DNA of 32,505 bases. Source: a virus. Taxonomy: Duplodnaviria; Caudoviricetes. The number at the start of each line of letters is the position of its first letter. Position 1 is the stretch's first letter. The translations under genes and the position numbers were made by a program. The DNA lies in IMG/VR virus record IMGVR_UViG_3300033076_000870, positions 1 through 32,505 of that record; one strand, given 5' to 3'. Positions 16,633-25,189 of the stretch are shown here, in pieces. A model generated the notes under the pieces. That model saw only the letters and a list, made by a program, of their open reading frames with translations, did not search any database and had not been told where the DNA came from.

Positions 16633-17446
16633 TTTGCTCTTCCAAAATCAACACAAAAATTTCATCGTTCACTCGACAACCTATGCCAGTTACCATCTGC
16701 TCTTTCTCCACCAGCTTGAGCATACCCAGCTTGCCACGTAGCTCGTGAGGGAAAGTCACATCGTCATACAGTTGTACATTGTCACGTATCTTAACAATAT
16801 ATTTGCTGTCTGCCAATACCACCAATGCAGTCCTTTGGTTCTGAAACGCATCGGTAGTTTCCTTAATGGTCACCATGTCGGCGCGGACATCCTCTAACAT
16901 TGTTAGGTGTTCTAGGATAGTTGTATTGTGGTTCTGCTTCAGCTCCAAGATGTACTGCGTCATGTTGGCCTTCGCCCACTTAAACAAGTCGCTCTCAATC
17001 GGACGCTCATGCTCACGATACTTAGTCTGTGTGCGATACGCTTGGTTCTCCAATACAGTCTCGGCTACCTTCATGGCTTTACTCATACGCTCGGCTAGGT
17101 TCATCGGGCCGAACGACTTCTTGACTTTTAGGTACGCTTTGTCTACCTTGTCGGTGTGGTATGCGTTCTTACGTTGATTGCTTGTACCAATGCGGTCGTT
17201 ACGCACAAACAGCTTTTGGCTACTACCATGCCACTCCGAACCGATAAAGCCCAGCTCCTCACTACCATCTAACACACGATATGTACGGAACCCCGCCACT
17301 TCGACAGTCCACAGCGGGTGCTTGGTCGCTACTTCCCACGCCAACAGCTTGGCCTCGCCATGCAACTGTTCTTCGGTAACGTCTTTTTCCTTCTTACCCA
17401 TACGCACGTTGGGCAACTTCAACAATTCAATAGTCATATCTCTCAC
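16598..17446 (-). CDS. hypothetical protein
   Basis: 282 aa ORF in the operon; no recognised motif. Confidence 0.75.
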   Translation of the reverse strand: MRDMTIELLKLPNVRMGKKEKDVTEEQLHGEAKLLAWEVATKHPLWTVEVAGFRTYRVLDGSEELGFIGSEWHGSSQKLFVRNDRIGTSNQRKNAYHTDKVDKAYLKVKKSFGPMNLAERMSKAMKVAETVLENQAYRTQTKYREHERPIESDLFKWAKANMTQYILELKQNHNTTILEHLTMLEDVRADMVTIKETTDAFQNQRTALVVLADSKYIVKIRDNVQLYDDVTFPHELRGKLGMLKLVEKEQMVTGIGCRVNDEIFVLILEEQNEKTEAQAEGQ

Positions 17447-17628
17447 TCCTTAATTCCGTTTTTCGCCATATCAATCAGTCGGCACAATGTATCAGTGCGA
17501 AAGCTCGTGCTCCATGAGCCTGTGTCGTAAGTTCTGTGTTTTAGGTGGTCATCAACCTCACACCCCTGCATCATTTGGTAAAACACTTTCGTCTCTACAA
17601 ACTCAATCAGTTCTTGGTCATTCATCAT
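17443..17628 (-). CDS. hypothetical protein
   Basis: 61 aa, AAGGAG RBS. Confidence 0.55.
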   Translation of the reverse strand: MMNDQELIEFVETKVFYQMMQGCEVDDHLKHRTYDTGSWSTSFRTDTLCRLIDMAKNGIKE

Positions 17629-17635
17629 TCACTCC

Positions 17636-18490
17636 TTACCACTCGAAGCGACTCAGTATGTCATCTACTTTGTTCTTCATCGACTCACGCACTGTTGCGC
17701 TGTCTTTGATAGTCTCAATGTCGGCCCCTAACATTGTTAGCTCCAACTGCTTACGCGCTTCCTCCAGCTTGGGGTCGTTCGTAATGTTCATCTTGGCCAG
17801 CAACTCACACAAGTCCACGGCATTGGTCACGAGCGAGTCGTGGTAGCGCTTCTTGGATTCATCGCCTTCCTCGTCCTTCAACTTCTCTGACATAGCTGTG
17901 AGCACACTGTGCAGTCGCTCCCAAGGTGTACGCATAGCCTCGGCCAGTCGCTCCTCGAACTTGGCTTCGTAGTTCTGCTTCATCTCGTCTAACGCCTCTG
18001 CTGATATGTCTAAGCGGAAGTCACCAGACTCAGGGATTGGGTCAATCGCCATACGGAAACCAAACTTCTCTCTGACATTTGTCAGATCGGGGTAATCAGT
18101 CGCCCGATACATCGTGCCCAAGTGTTGCTGTGCATCGTTCACCAACTGTGGGTAGGCCGCAAAGAAGTTGTTGCACAACTGATTGAACTGCGCCTCGTAG
18201 TTATTCATCGTCTGCTTGTACTCCATGAACAACTTAGTCGGCAACAGTCGTTGCCCCTTGTCGGCCCAAGGCAACGTGTGCTGGTTGTGATAGAGGCGGA
18301 TTCGTGCCGCCAGCTTCTCAATGTCTTTGCGTAGCGTAGTACCCGCAAACAGATTCTTGCGCGTCTGTGACGCATCACGCACCGCTGACGCATTGGTGTT
18401 TACTGTCTCGGTCATCTCTCGGTCAACCTTGTTGGCTGGCCATACGCTGATATTCAGTTCCACTAGAACCGCGCTTGATGCAATACTCAT
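17636..18490 (-). CDS. DUF3150-like protein (usual partner of AAA/VWA pairs)
   Basis: Start MSIASSAVLVELNISVW with AGGAG; HTLPW...RLLP...YP...KFGF; helical C-terminus; near the AAA and VWA genes. Confidence 0.5.
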   Translation of the reverse strand: MSIASSAVLVELNISVWPANKVDREMTETVNTNASAVRDASQTRKNLFAGTTLRKDIEKLAARIRLYHNQHTLPWADKGQRLLPTKLFMEYKQTMNNYEAQFNQLCNNFFAAYPQLVNDAQQHLGTMYRATDYPDLTNVREKFGFRMAIDPIPESGDFRLDISAEALDEMKQNYEAKFEERLAEAMRTPWERLHSVLTAMSEKLKDEEGDESKKRYHDSLVTNAVDLCELLAKMNITNDPKLEEARKQLELTMLGADIETIKDSATVRESMKNKVDDILSRFEW

Positions 18491-18501
18491 TTCTCTTCTC
18501 C

Positions 18502-18684
18502 TTATTTGTTCCACTCGCTTGGGTCACGCATGGCGCTCTCGCCCCAAGTGCACACGCCACACATTTCACCTTGATACACAACCTTCCCATCTTTCACGCC
18601 TGTGACTACGTGGTTAGCCCCACACACTTCACACTTGTGCTTGTAGTCAGGCTCGTAGCTGTCGATTTCCATTACTTCACTCAT
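18502..18684 (-). CDS. small zinc-ribbon protein
   Basis: CEVC...CGVC; start MSEVMEID with AGGAG. Confidence 0.6.
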   Translation of the reverse strand: MSEVMEIDSYEPDYKHKCEVCGANHVVTGVKDGKVVYQGEMCGVCTWGESAMRDPSEWNK

Positions 18685-19142
18685 TTCTCTTCTCCTTGTT
18701 TCATATCTAACAACTTCAACTGTCGTGCAAGACTGCACACTTCCTCTTTCACATACGCCCAATCTTTGTACTTACCTCGGTGCTCAAGCTCTCGCTCGGC
18801 ATCTTCCCAACTGCTGTACTTCATGATGGTCTGTACCAGCTTAGGCGCAAAGTCGTTGTAGTGGTTACAGTCAAAACCGACTACCCACTCGTCTGTCTTC
18901 TCGTCCTCACTTGCGTAGGTCAGTCCGCCGTGCACCTCCACGGGAATATCGTCATAGCCCTTACCCCACATTTCGTGTCCCTTCGGTATAGCCACGTATC
19001 CGTTGAGCTGTCCGTGCGTAGGGTGTCGCCATATCGTGCACTTGTACCCTGTCAGGTCATGTACCCACTCCTCGTTGTCAGGCTCGTGTTCCCACGGGCG
19101 GTCGCTTATCAGCAACTTCATCTTCTGTTCTGCATCTAACAT
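18681..19142 (-). CDS. hypothetical phage protein (GYV..P...VHGGLT...GFDCNH motif)
   Basis: 153 aa; the start ATG lies inside the palindrome at 19136-19149. Confidence 0.75.
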   Translation of the reverse strand: MLDAEQKMKLLISDRPWEHEPDNEEWVHDLTGYKCTIWRHPTHGQLNGYVAIPKGHEMWGKGYDDIPVEVHGGLTYASEDEKTDEWVVGFDCNHYNDFAPKLVQTIMKYSSWEDAERELEHRGKYKDWAYVKEEVCSLARQLKLLDMKQGEEK

Positions 19143-19145
19143 TTG

Positions 19146-19382
19146 TCAGTTCTCCTCATGTTTAGCGTTAGTCAAAATCATCTTCACCATAGCCAAGGCT
19201 GTTTCTTCGTTGTCGTAAACACCCATCGGTTGCTTCTCACCCACCTTACCAACGGCATACTTGTACTCGTCGGTGCGTAAGTCGCGTTGCCACTTCACCC
19301 AGTACCCTAGATACTCCAATCTTCTGTGTATGGCTCCCCACTTGAACTCATGCTCGTGCCCCTCTTTGCTACTAATCGCCAT
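19146..19382 (-). CDS. small hypothetical protein (beta-rich with C-terminal helix)
   Basis: Start MAISSK with AGGAGGAG; the stop lies inside the palindrome. Confidence 0.65.
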   Translation of the reverse strand: MAISSKEGHEHEFKWGAIHRRLEYLGYWVKWQRDLRTDEYKYAVGKVGEKQPMGVYDNEETALAMVKMILTNAKHEEN

Positions 19383-19579
19383 CACTCCTCCTTCTTCAGT
19401 AGCTTCATGTAGTTCTTCATCTCTCGCTCGTTCATACCCCACGCCACGCGCATCCCTTCCTTGTTGTAGATGGTCCACTTGCCGTACTTGCGCTTGGAGT
19501 AGTAGTCGGGTTGTTGGTATTTGGCTTGGATTTCATCCATCACCATCGTGTATATGCTTTTCCCATACAACGTACTCAT
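19382..19579 (-). CDS. small hypothetical protein
   Basis: Start MSTLYG with AAGGA. Confidence 0.6.
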   Translation of the reverse strand: MSTLYGKSIYTMVMDEIQAKYQQPDYYSKRKYGKWTIYNKEGMRVAWGMNEREMKNYMKLLKKEE

Positions 19580-19580
19580 A

Positions 19581-19916
19581 TCAATCCTTTTTCTCAGGCT
19601 TACCCGCCAGCTTCGCCATTTTGTAGAAGGCATCGGGCATCAGCTTCATACCGAATGTTTTGTCGTTCGCATACACATGGTGCGTGTACTTGTCGTTGTG
19701 GTCACCCTTCAACTCAGGGTGGTACTTGTCCTCGTATATCTCTGCCTTTGAAACGAGCCGCACCAACTGCAACGCTTGCGCCGCTGGTAGTACGAAGTGG
19801 GCGTAGGTAAGCGTCACATACACCATCCCACCCTCTTCCTTCACCTGCTGTACGGCTGCTTGCTTAGCCGTAGGCTTACGCCGTGGCTTGGGCTTCTTCT
19901 TAAACGGATTCCACAT
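19581..19916 (-). CDS. hypothetical protein
   Basis: Start MWNPFKK. Confidence 0.65.
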   Translation of the reverse strand: MWNPFKKKPKPRRKPTAKQAAVQQVKEEGGMVYVTLTYAHFVLPAAQALQLVRLVSKAEIYEDKYHPELKGDHNDKYTHHVYANDKTFGMKLMPDAFYKMAKLAGKPEKKD

Positions 19917-19917
19917 A

Positions 19918-20130
19918 TCATCCCTTCCATAAATCAAACAACTTCAACGTACCCTTCACCCCATCGAGGCTCAGGTTCTTAAACACTTCGGGGTCGTGCT
20001 CTCTTATGTAGTAGAAGTGCAGGTTGTAACGCCACGGCTTCCACCAAATCCGATGGATTGACCACCCGTACAACTTCGATGGATGGTCTAGCCGCACCAT
20101 GTACATATCCCCGCACCTGACCTTTCTCAC
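19918..20130 (-). CDS. small hypothetical protein
   Basis: GTG start overlapping the VWA stop (GTGA) with a GGAGG RBS; alternative ATG at 20106. Confidence 0.5.
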   Translation of the reverse strand: MRKVRCGDMYMVRLDHPSKLYGWSIHRIWWKPWRYNLHFYYIREHDPEVFKNLSLDGVKGTLKLFDLWKG

Positions 20131-21356
20131 TCCACCTCCAAGTAAATAGTCTTGCCGTTGTCCGACACTGCGCTGGTGTTGCCACCACTGATGACCCACA
20201 TAGTCGGCGCTGTCCACTCATAGCCCCAGTTCGGTACGTAGCCGTCAGTCAGCACGATGACTGCTTCAGGCTGGATGTTCTCGTCCTTGAGATACTTCGA
20301 CACACAGCTTGGGTTAGTGCCGCCACCACCACGAGGTTTAGTCGTCTGACAAATGTCAGATACAGCCGAGCCTTCATACTTCTCGTGACCTGCAACCGCA
20401 CCGTCCCAATAGATCAAGTCCACGCACTCGGGGTTGACCTCCTCGGCGATACCTTTGACTTCGGATAAGAACTCGGCAAGCTCAGGCCCACCGATAGAAC
20501 CCGATGTGTCGATAGCCACAACCAAGTGACCGACCTTCTCGCCAATCATGCTGGGCATGTATTGCCCTGTGGACAAGAAGCGACGATTCACACGACGCCA
20601 CGAGCTTGTGTCTTTGTTAGAACACGTAGCCTTGACGAAGTCGCGCAACACTTCACGCCAATCAATCTTGGGTGCGAGTAAGTCTTCCAGTTCACGGTCT
20701 AAGTTGCCACCGCCTTTGCCGATGTTCTTCTGATGCGCGATTAAGCCTTGACGAATCGCTTGGTCAATCTCACGCGCCAGCTCCTTCTTCTCCTCCTCGG
20801 TCATTTCCTTGGCACCGTCCCAGTCGTGGTCGTCGAACCCGTCACCTTCGCCGTCACCTTCGCCACCACCCTTGCCGCTCTTCTTCTCCTCTTTGAGAAT
20901 GTCGAAGACTTGCTTGGTGTTCATGCCACGGAATCGTTCATCAATCAAGCCCATGAAGTCACCCTTCTTAGCCTTGGGGTGTCCTGTGTCTTCTGCATAG
21001 CGTGGCATGGCGATGACTGACTCGTTAGGGTCTAAGTCCTTGAGCATTAAGTTAATGACGTAGTCCATCGCTTGGTTGGCTAACCTTGCGTCTTCCTCAT
21101 GCAACTTAGTCCACGTTGTCAGGTGGCGGTACATCTTGTGCCCAGCCTCGTGCGCGATAACGAAAGCCAGTTCCCTATCGCTGAGCTTCTTCACGAACGC
21201 ACGACCGTAGTGCTCGTCTCGTCCGTTGGTACACGCTGTCGGTACTATGTCGGTGATGTAGGTCTTGCCCACCATCATCACGCCTTGGAGCAACGCGAAC
21301 TTGGGGTTACGCATCACTGTGATTTTTGCTTTCTGCAATTTACGTTCTTCTAACAT
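20127..21356 (-). CDS. metallopeptidase plus VWA-like domain protein (DUF2201-like)
   Basis: TACTNG, HExxH (HEAGH), NQAMDYVIN, FDDHDW, MIDAS motif IDTSGS, GGGGT, LTDG; start MLEERK with AGGAG. Confidence 0.85.
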   Translation of the reverse strand: MLEERKLQKAKITVMRNPKFALLQGVMMVGKTYITDIVPTACTNGRDEHYGRAFVKKLSDRELAFVIAHEAGHKMYRHLTTWTKLHEEDARLANQAMDYVINLMLKDLDPNESVIAMPRYAEDTGHPKAKKGDFMGLIDERFRGMNTKQVFDILKEEKKSGKGGGEGDGEGDGFDDHDWDGAKEMTEEEKKELAREIDQAIRQGLIAHQKNIGKGGGNLDRELEDLLAPKIDWREVLRDFVKATCSNKDTSSWRRVNRRFLSTGQYMPSMIGEKVGHLVVAIDTSGSIGGPELAEFLSEVKGIAEEVNPECVDLIYWDGAVAGHEKYEGSAVSDICQTTKPRGGGGTNPSCVSKYLKDENIQPEAVIVLTDGYVPNWGYEWTAPTMWVISGGNTSAVSDNGKTIYLEVE

Positions 21357-21392
21357 TACTTCTCTCCTTGTTTCTGACATTTGTCAGATGGT

Positions 21393-21758
21393 TTAAAAAT
21401 CTGAATCAATACTTCTAACCACACGCAACTGATAGTCGGCATGGTCTGAATGGGTTTCTTCCACGTCATCACTATCCTCACCGACACGGATAAACTCATA
21501 CGCCCACGCAATCTCCTCCTGCTCTGCTAACTCTAGGTAGTTAGACACGAACCGATTGAACGCCTTCACCTCGGGGTAGTCGGGGTACCACTTCACATCG
21601 GGGTCATCGAACATGAACCCCATGTAGTGCCCGTTGTCTATTGGCTTGAGTTGCCCCGCCAAATCCTCGGGAAAGTTCTCCGTCACGTACAGCTTCAAAG
21701 CTGGCGCTCTGTCCTCGGTGGTGTAGAACACCGCCTTCACATCACTTCGATAGCCCAT
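21393..21758 (-). CDS. hypothetical protein
   Basis: MGYRSDV...VKWYPDYPEV...FIRVGEDSDD; GAGGAGG RBS. Confidence 0.7.
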   Translation of the reverse strand: MGYRSDVKAVFYTTEDRAPALKLYVTENFPEDLAGQLKPIDNGHYMGFMFDDPDVKWYPDYPEVKAFNRFVSNYLELAEQEEIAWAYEFIRVGEDSDDVEETHSDHADYQLRVVRSIDSDF

Positions 21759-21975
21759 CGTTTTCCTCCTCAATACTGTTCATCAATTTACACACGGCCT
21801 CGGCGTCCACTTGGTTGTCGAACTTAGCCACACGGATGTTGTCGAACTTGCGCCTGTCGCACACTTCCCACCCGATAACCTTCAAGCCAACCCTACCAAC
21901 CGCCGCTTCGGTCTCAGTCACCCACCTAGTGAAGTACCTATGCAAGTACCCATGTTTGTTTGTGTATGTACTCAT
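21742..21975 (-). CDS. small hypothetical protein
   Basis: 77 aa, ATGA coupling. Confidence 0.6.
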   Translation of the reverse strand: MSTYTNKHGYLHRYFTRWVTETEAAVGRVGLKVIGWEVCDRRKFDNIRVAKFDNQVDAEAVCKLMNSIEEENDGLSK

Positions 21976-22307
21976 GGAATCATGCTCACTCGTTGTGCCG
22001 CCTCTTTGAACGCAGGCTCGACTTCGTTAATCAGCATGAACAGCGCCGCCTCCATCTGTGTATGGTCGGTTGTCTCCAGTAGGACTTCACGTTTCTTGTC
22101 TTGCCCCACCGCCGCTGACACTCCGCTCTCCCACCGAATCAACGTGCATTGGTACTGTGGACCGTACTGGTTAGAAAACATACGGCTCTCGAACGTCAGT
22201 TGGTAGCCCCACACCATGCGTTGCAGGTACTCGAACATATCCTGCACCTTGTCCCACTCAGCGGGTAGGCTGTCCCATCGTTGCTTGTCTATCGTTGCAT
22301 ATAACAT
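21972..22307 (-). CDS. hypothetical protein (ETTDH motif)
   Basis: Start MLYATID inside the palindrome; GGAGAG RBS. Confidence 0.65.
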   Translation of the reverse strand: MLYATIDKQRWDSLPAEWDKVQDMFEYLQRMVWGYQLTFESRMFSNQYGPQYQCTLIRWESGVSAAVGQDKKREVLLETTDHTQMEAALFMLINEVEPAFKEAAQRVSMIP

Positions 22308-22309
22308 TG

Positions 22310-22510
22310 TTAGTCTCTCCACATGGTTAGCTTCTTGTACTCTTTCACCTGCTTACGCATCTGTACGATGATGGTTTTGTTCTCGTTGCCAAGTTGTTTT
22401 TGTAGCGCCCACACAAGGTACTTGTCCTCGTTGTAGTACTTGTACTTGTCGTCCATCTGATACGTAGCCGCATCACGCACGAGTTGGTCGGTGTCAATCG
22501 TCACTAACAT
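22310..22510 (-). CDS. small hypothetical protein flanked by palindromes
   Basis: Start MLVTID and stop both lie inside palindrome copies; GGAGG RBS. Confidence 0.65.
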   Translation of the reverse strand: MLVTIDTDQLVRDAATYQMDDKYKYYNEDKYLVWALQKQLGNENKTIIVQMRKQVKEYKKLTMWRD

Positions 22511-22512
22511 TG

Positions 22513-22737
22513 TTAGTCCTCCAGTAAGAGTCTCAGGTAGTTGTCGAAAAGTACGTGGTCGGTGGTCTCGTAGAGAATCGCAGTGGCGGAGATTGCTTCC
22601 CCCCACTTTGACAATCGAAACAAAATCCACTCGTCGTTGGCCCTACCGATTGCATAGCCAATCGCATGTAGTCGGTTTTGGTCTTCCCAACTAAGGTACG
22701 CATACCCGTCCGAGTCCACCTGCACGTACTTCAACAT
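22513..22737 (-). CDS. small hypothetical protein (ETTDH motif)
   Basis: 74 aa; AGGAG RBS; stop inside the palindrome. Confidence 0.65.
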   Translation of the reverse strand: MLKYVQVDSDGYAYLSWEDQNRLHAIGYAIGRANDEWILFRLSKWGEAISATAILYETTDHVLFDNYLRLLLED

Positions 22738-22739
22738 AC

Positions 22740-23231
22740 TTAACTCCTAGACCAGCGGGGAGGGGCGAACAAAGCATCGCCTCGAACTCCCTTCTTCCAC
22801 CGACTGCCAATAAGACCATACTTGTAACCAAGATGGTCAGCCCACTGCGCAAGAGTCATCGTCTTGCCTCGCCATTCAACATACACATTTGTTGTGCGGT
22901 TGTTGGCTTGCTCCTTACGGGTTGACCACCTAACATTGTTAGGCTCGTAGTTCCCATCGTTGTCGATGCGTTCCAATGTCATACCCTCGGGTTGCTCCCC
23001 AACGTCTCGAACAAACGCCGCATAGTCGTCCACCCATGCAAAGTGCATAGTGATTCCACGTCCACCGTATCGGTGAAAGTGTTGTGCGGATGAGTTGAAG
23101 CAACGCTGTTTGATTGACGTCCAAATCTTGTACGTCTTGCCAGCATTACCCTGCCTCGCCCCCACGGTCGCGCCATGTTTCGTGCGCTTGCGGTTGGACT
23201 CGGCTACCCCTTCGTTGTATTTGCGAACCAT
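22740..23231 (-). CDS. HNH homing endonuclease
   Basis: YKIWTSIKQRC...YGGRGI...TLERIDNDGNYEPNNVRW...EQANNR, with a C-terminal HTH-like segment. Confidence 0.85.
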   Translation of the reverse strand: MVRKYNEGVAESNRKRTKHGATVGARQGNAGKTYKIWTSIKQRCFNSSAQHFHRYGGRGITMHFAWVDDYAAFVRDVGEQPEGMTLERIDNDGNYEPNNVRWSTRKEQANNRTTNVYVEWRGKTMTLAQWADHLGYKYGLIGSRWKKGVRGDALFAPPRWSRS

Positions 23232-23299
23232 GATTTACTCCGTTGTCAGTGGGTCATACCACCATGAGACTAATCATACACTAATTAGTCTTTACATGT

Positions 23300-24364
23300 T
23301 TACAACAAATCTTGGTTTTTTGCGACCCAGTCGGCGAACGCCTTAGCGCCGAACGCAATAGCTTGCTTCGATGGTGTCTTCGCAATGTTGATAGCGAACA
23401 CAGCTTGCCACTCGGCGTCGAAGCGTTCCAAATACTCCATGAACGGAGCGATGTTGGTCTTGTCGATACGAGCGATTGCACCGAAGATAACGATTGCACA
23501 TGCGCCGGGACTTGTAGGTACCTTCGTATGCTTAGGGTCTTTGATGGTGTCTTCCCACGCTGGCAGTTGGTCAGAGAACTCGATGTACGCTTGCATGTCA
23601 CGAGCCGCCGCTTCACCGATAGCACCGCTCAACGCCGCGATAACAGAGTCAGGGTCGTTTTGCTTACGTGTACTAACAATGTTAGAAGCGGTTGCCAGTG
23701 AACGTGGTGACACGAACGCAACCTGTGGCTTCTTGGGGTTGAAGATGTATGGGTTGTCGCCTTGACCTGCGTCGGTATAGCTAGCCATTGCATGAGGGAA
23801 TCGGTTGACCCACGCCAATACCTCGGGGGCAATGTCGTTGTTCATACCCCACTCAATCCATTCCTCGCTCGTTGGCTTGGCGATAGTCACGGGCACGATA
23901 CGGTTCAAGCTATGCGCCTTCATGTTGTCGCCCACACCATCGGTGCTCAGGTTACCAGTCAGGAAACAGATTGTGTCCTTCGGTAATGGGATGTCACCCA
24001 GTCGTGGGTTTGCCTTCTCTAGCATGGGGTGCAACATATTCTTAACTGGGTCGGCACCCTTACTGAACTCGTCAAGCATGATGACCATTGGCTTGCCTGT
24101 GTGGATACCGAATCGGGCATTGGGATAGTAGCGAGTGGTCTTCGTGTCGTGGTCAATCACGGGCATTGCAATGTCGCCCAAGTCCATGTTCGGTACGTCA
24201 ATGTATGCGTAGTCGTAACCTAATGGTGCGGCGATTGCTTCTAGCAGAGAAGACTTACCGATGCCGGGCTCACCTCGTAGCATGAAGCGAGTGTTGGGGT
24301 TTGTGCGAATCAGATTCGCGGCTTGTTTCAATGTGATGGTCTTACCAAATTTAACTTCTGACAT
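23300..24364 (-). CDS. MoxR/dynein-related AAA+ ATPase
   Basis: Walker A GEPGIGKS, Walker B IMLDEF, sensor TGN, and SPRS. Confidence 0.88.
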   Translation of the reverse strand: MSEVKFGKTITLKQAANLIRTNPNTRFMLRGEPGIGKSSLLEAIAAPLGYDYAYIDVPNMDLGDIAMPVIDHDTKTTRYYPNARFGIHTGKPMVIMLDEFSKGADPVKNMLHPMLEKANPRLGDIPLPKDTICFLTGNLSTDGVGDNMKAHSLNRIVPVTIAKPTSEEWIEWGMNNDIAPEVLAWVNRFPHAMASYTDAGQGDNPYIFNPKKPQVAFVSPRSLATASNIVSTRKQNDPDSVIAALSGAIGEAAARDMQAYIEFSDQLPAWEDTIKDPKHTKVPTSPGACAIVIFGAIARIDKTNIAPFMEYLERFDAEWQAVFAINIAKTPSKQAIAFGAKAFADWVAKNQDLL

Positions 24365-24447
24365 TTTCATTTCCTTCGTTTACTTCGTTTAAATATCTGA
24401 CATTTGTCAGATGCGGTTGGTGGACAGTATTTATCTGTCATGCCTAT

Positions 24448-24476
24448 ATTGTAACACAAACACTAGACATTGTCAA
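24448..24476 (-). promoter_or_regulatory. strong sigma70-type early promoter for the AAA operon
   Basis: TTGACA-17-TACAAT with an extended TG. Confidence 0.8.
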
Positions 24477-24485
24477 GTGTTTAGC

Positions 24486-24728
24486 TCATTGGTTCCACGG
24501 GTACTTCTCTGTGTAGTACACCCCGTCCCAAAACATCGTGCGTAGTTGTCTACGCATATCGTTGAACTCGGCGTAGCTGTCGGCGTACTGCAATCGCAGT
24601 GCCCACAGTTGTTCGAGCGTAGCGTCAGGGTGTCGCATCATTTCCAATACGGTGTTACCCATATCGTTGTTGAGCTTCTCCCATCGCTTGTAGTTCTCCA
24701 CCAATTCTTTCGGCGGTTTCTTTTTCAT
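24486..24728 (-). CDS. hypothetical protein
   Basis: 80 aa, GGAG RBS. Confidence 0.6.
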   Translation of the reverse strand: MKKKPPKELVENYKRWEKLNNDMGNTVLEMMRHPDATLEQLWALRLQYADSYAEFNDMRRQLRTMFWDGVYYTEKYPWNQ

Positions 24729-24904
24729 GCTCCATGTGCTTTCTTATGTGCTTCCCATGCCTTCAACACATACGCCCGTGCCTTCTCGTCACGCACGAAG
24801 TGCATCAGCGTGGTCTTCACTGCGTCCCTCTCTGCTTTGGTTTTGAAATACATGACGGTGGCTACCACCGCCCAGCCTAAAAGAAAAAATTCTGCATCGG
24901 TCAT
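24725..24904 (-). CDS. small membrane-anchored protein
   Basis: Start MTDAEFFLLGWAVVATV with AGGAGGT. Confidence 0.6.
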   Translation of the reverse strand: MTDAEFFLLGWAVVATVMYFKTKAERDAVKTTLMHFVRDEKARAYVLKAWEAHKKAHGA

Positions 24905-25047
24905 GGTTTCACCTCCTTCAGCAAACAAACACACCACGCAAAAGATGCAACCAGCCACGCCAACGCATCGTGTAGATCGTGCGCCCACAATGACAGCCCC
25001 ACATTCAAAAGCGCCAACACAAGCGCAACCCCATAAAGCCATTTCAT
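24901..25047 (-). CDS. small two-TM protein (48 aa, not in the ORF track)
   Basis: MKWLYGVALVLALLNVGLSLW...; AGGAGGAG RBS; ATGA coupling. Confidence 0.6.
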   Translation of the reverse strand: MKWLYGVALVLALLNVGLSLWAHDLHDALAWLVASFAWCVCLLKEVKP

Positions 25048-25059
25048 TTCTTCTCCTCC

Positions 25060-25188
25060 TTATTTACCAAAAACCCAACGAAGTACGTTCAACACCAACG
25101 CTACTGGTAGTAGAAGTACTGACCCGCAGTAGTACTTAACGCGGTAGAAAAAAATCCTTTTGCGTGTCCACTTAGTTTCTTCGCTCAT
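25060..25188 (-). CDS. small membrane protein (42 aa, not in the ORF track)
   Basis: MSEETKWTRKRIFFYRVKYYCGSVLLLPVALVLNVLRWVFGK; GAGGAGG RBS. Confidence 0.55.
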   Translation of the reverse strand: MSEETKWTRKRIFFYRVKYYCGSVLLLPVALVLNVLRWVFGK

Positions 25189-25189
25189 A

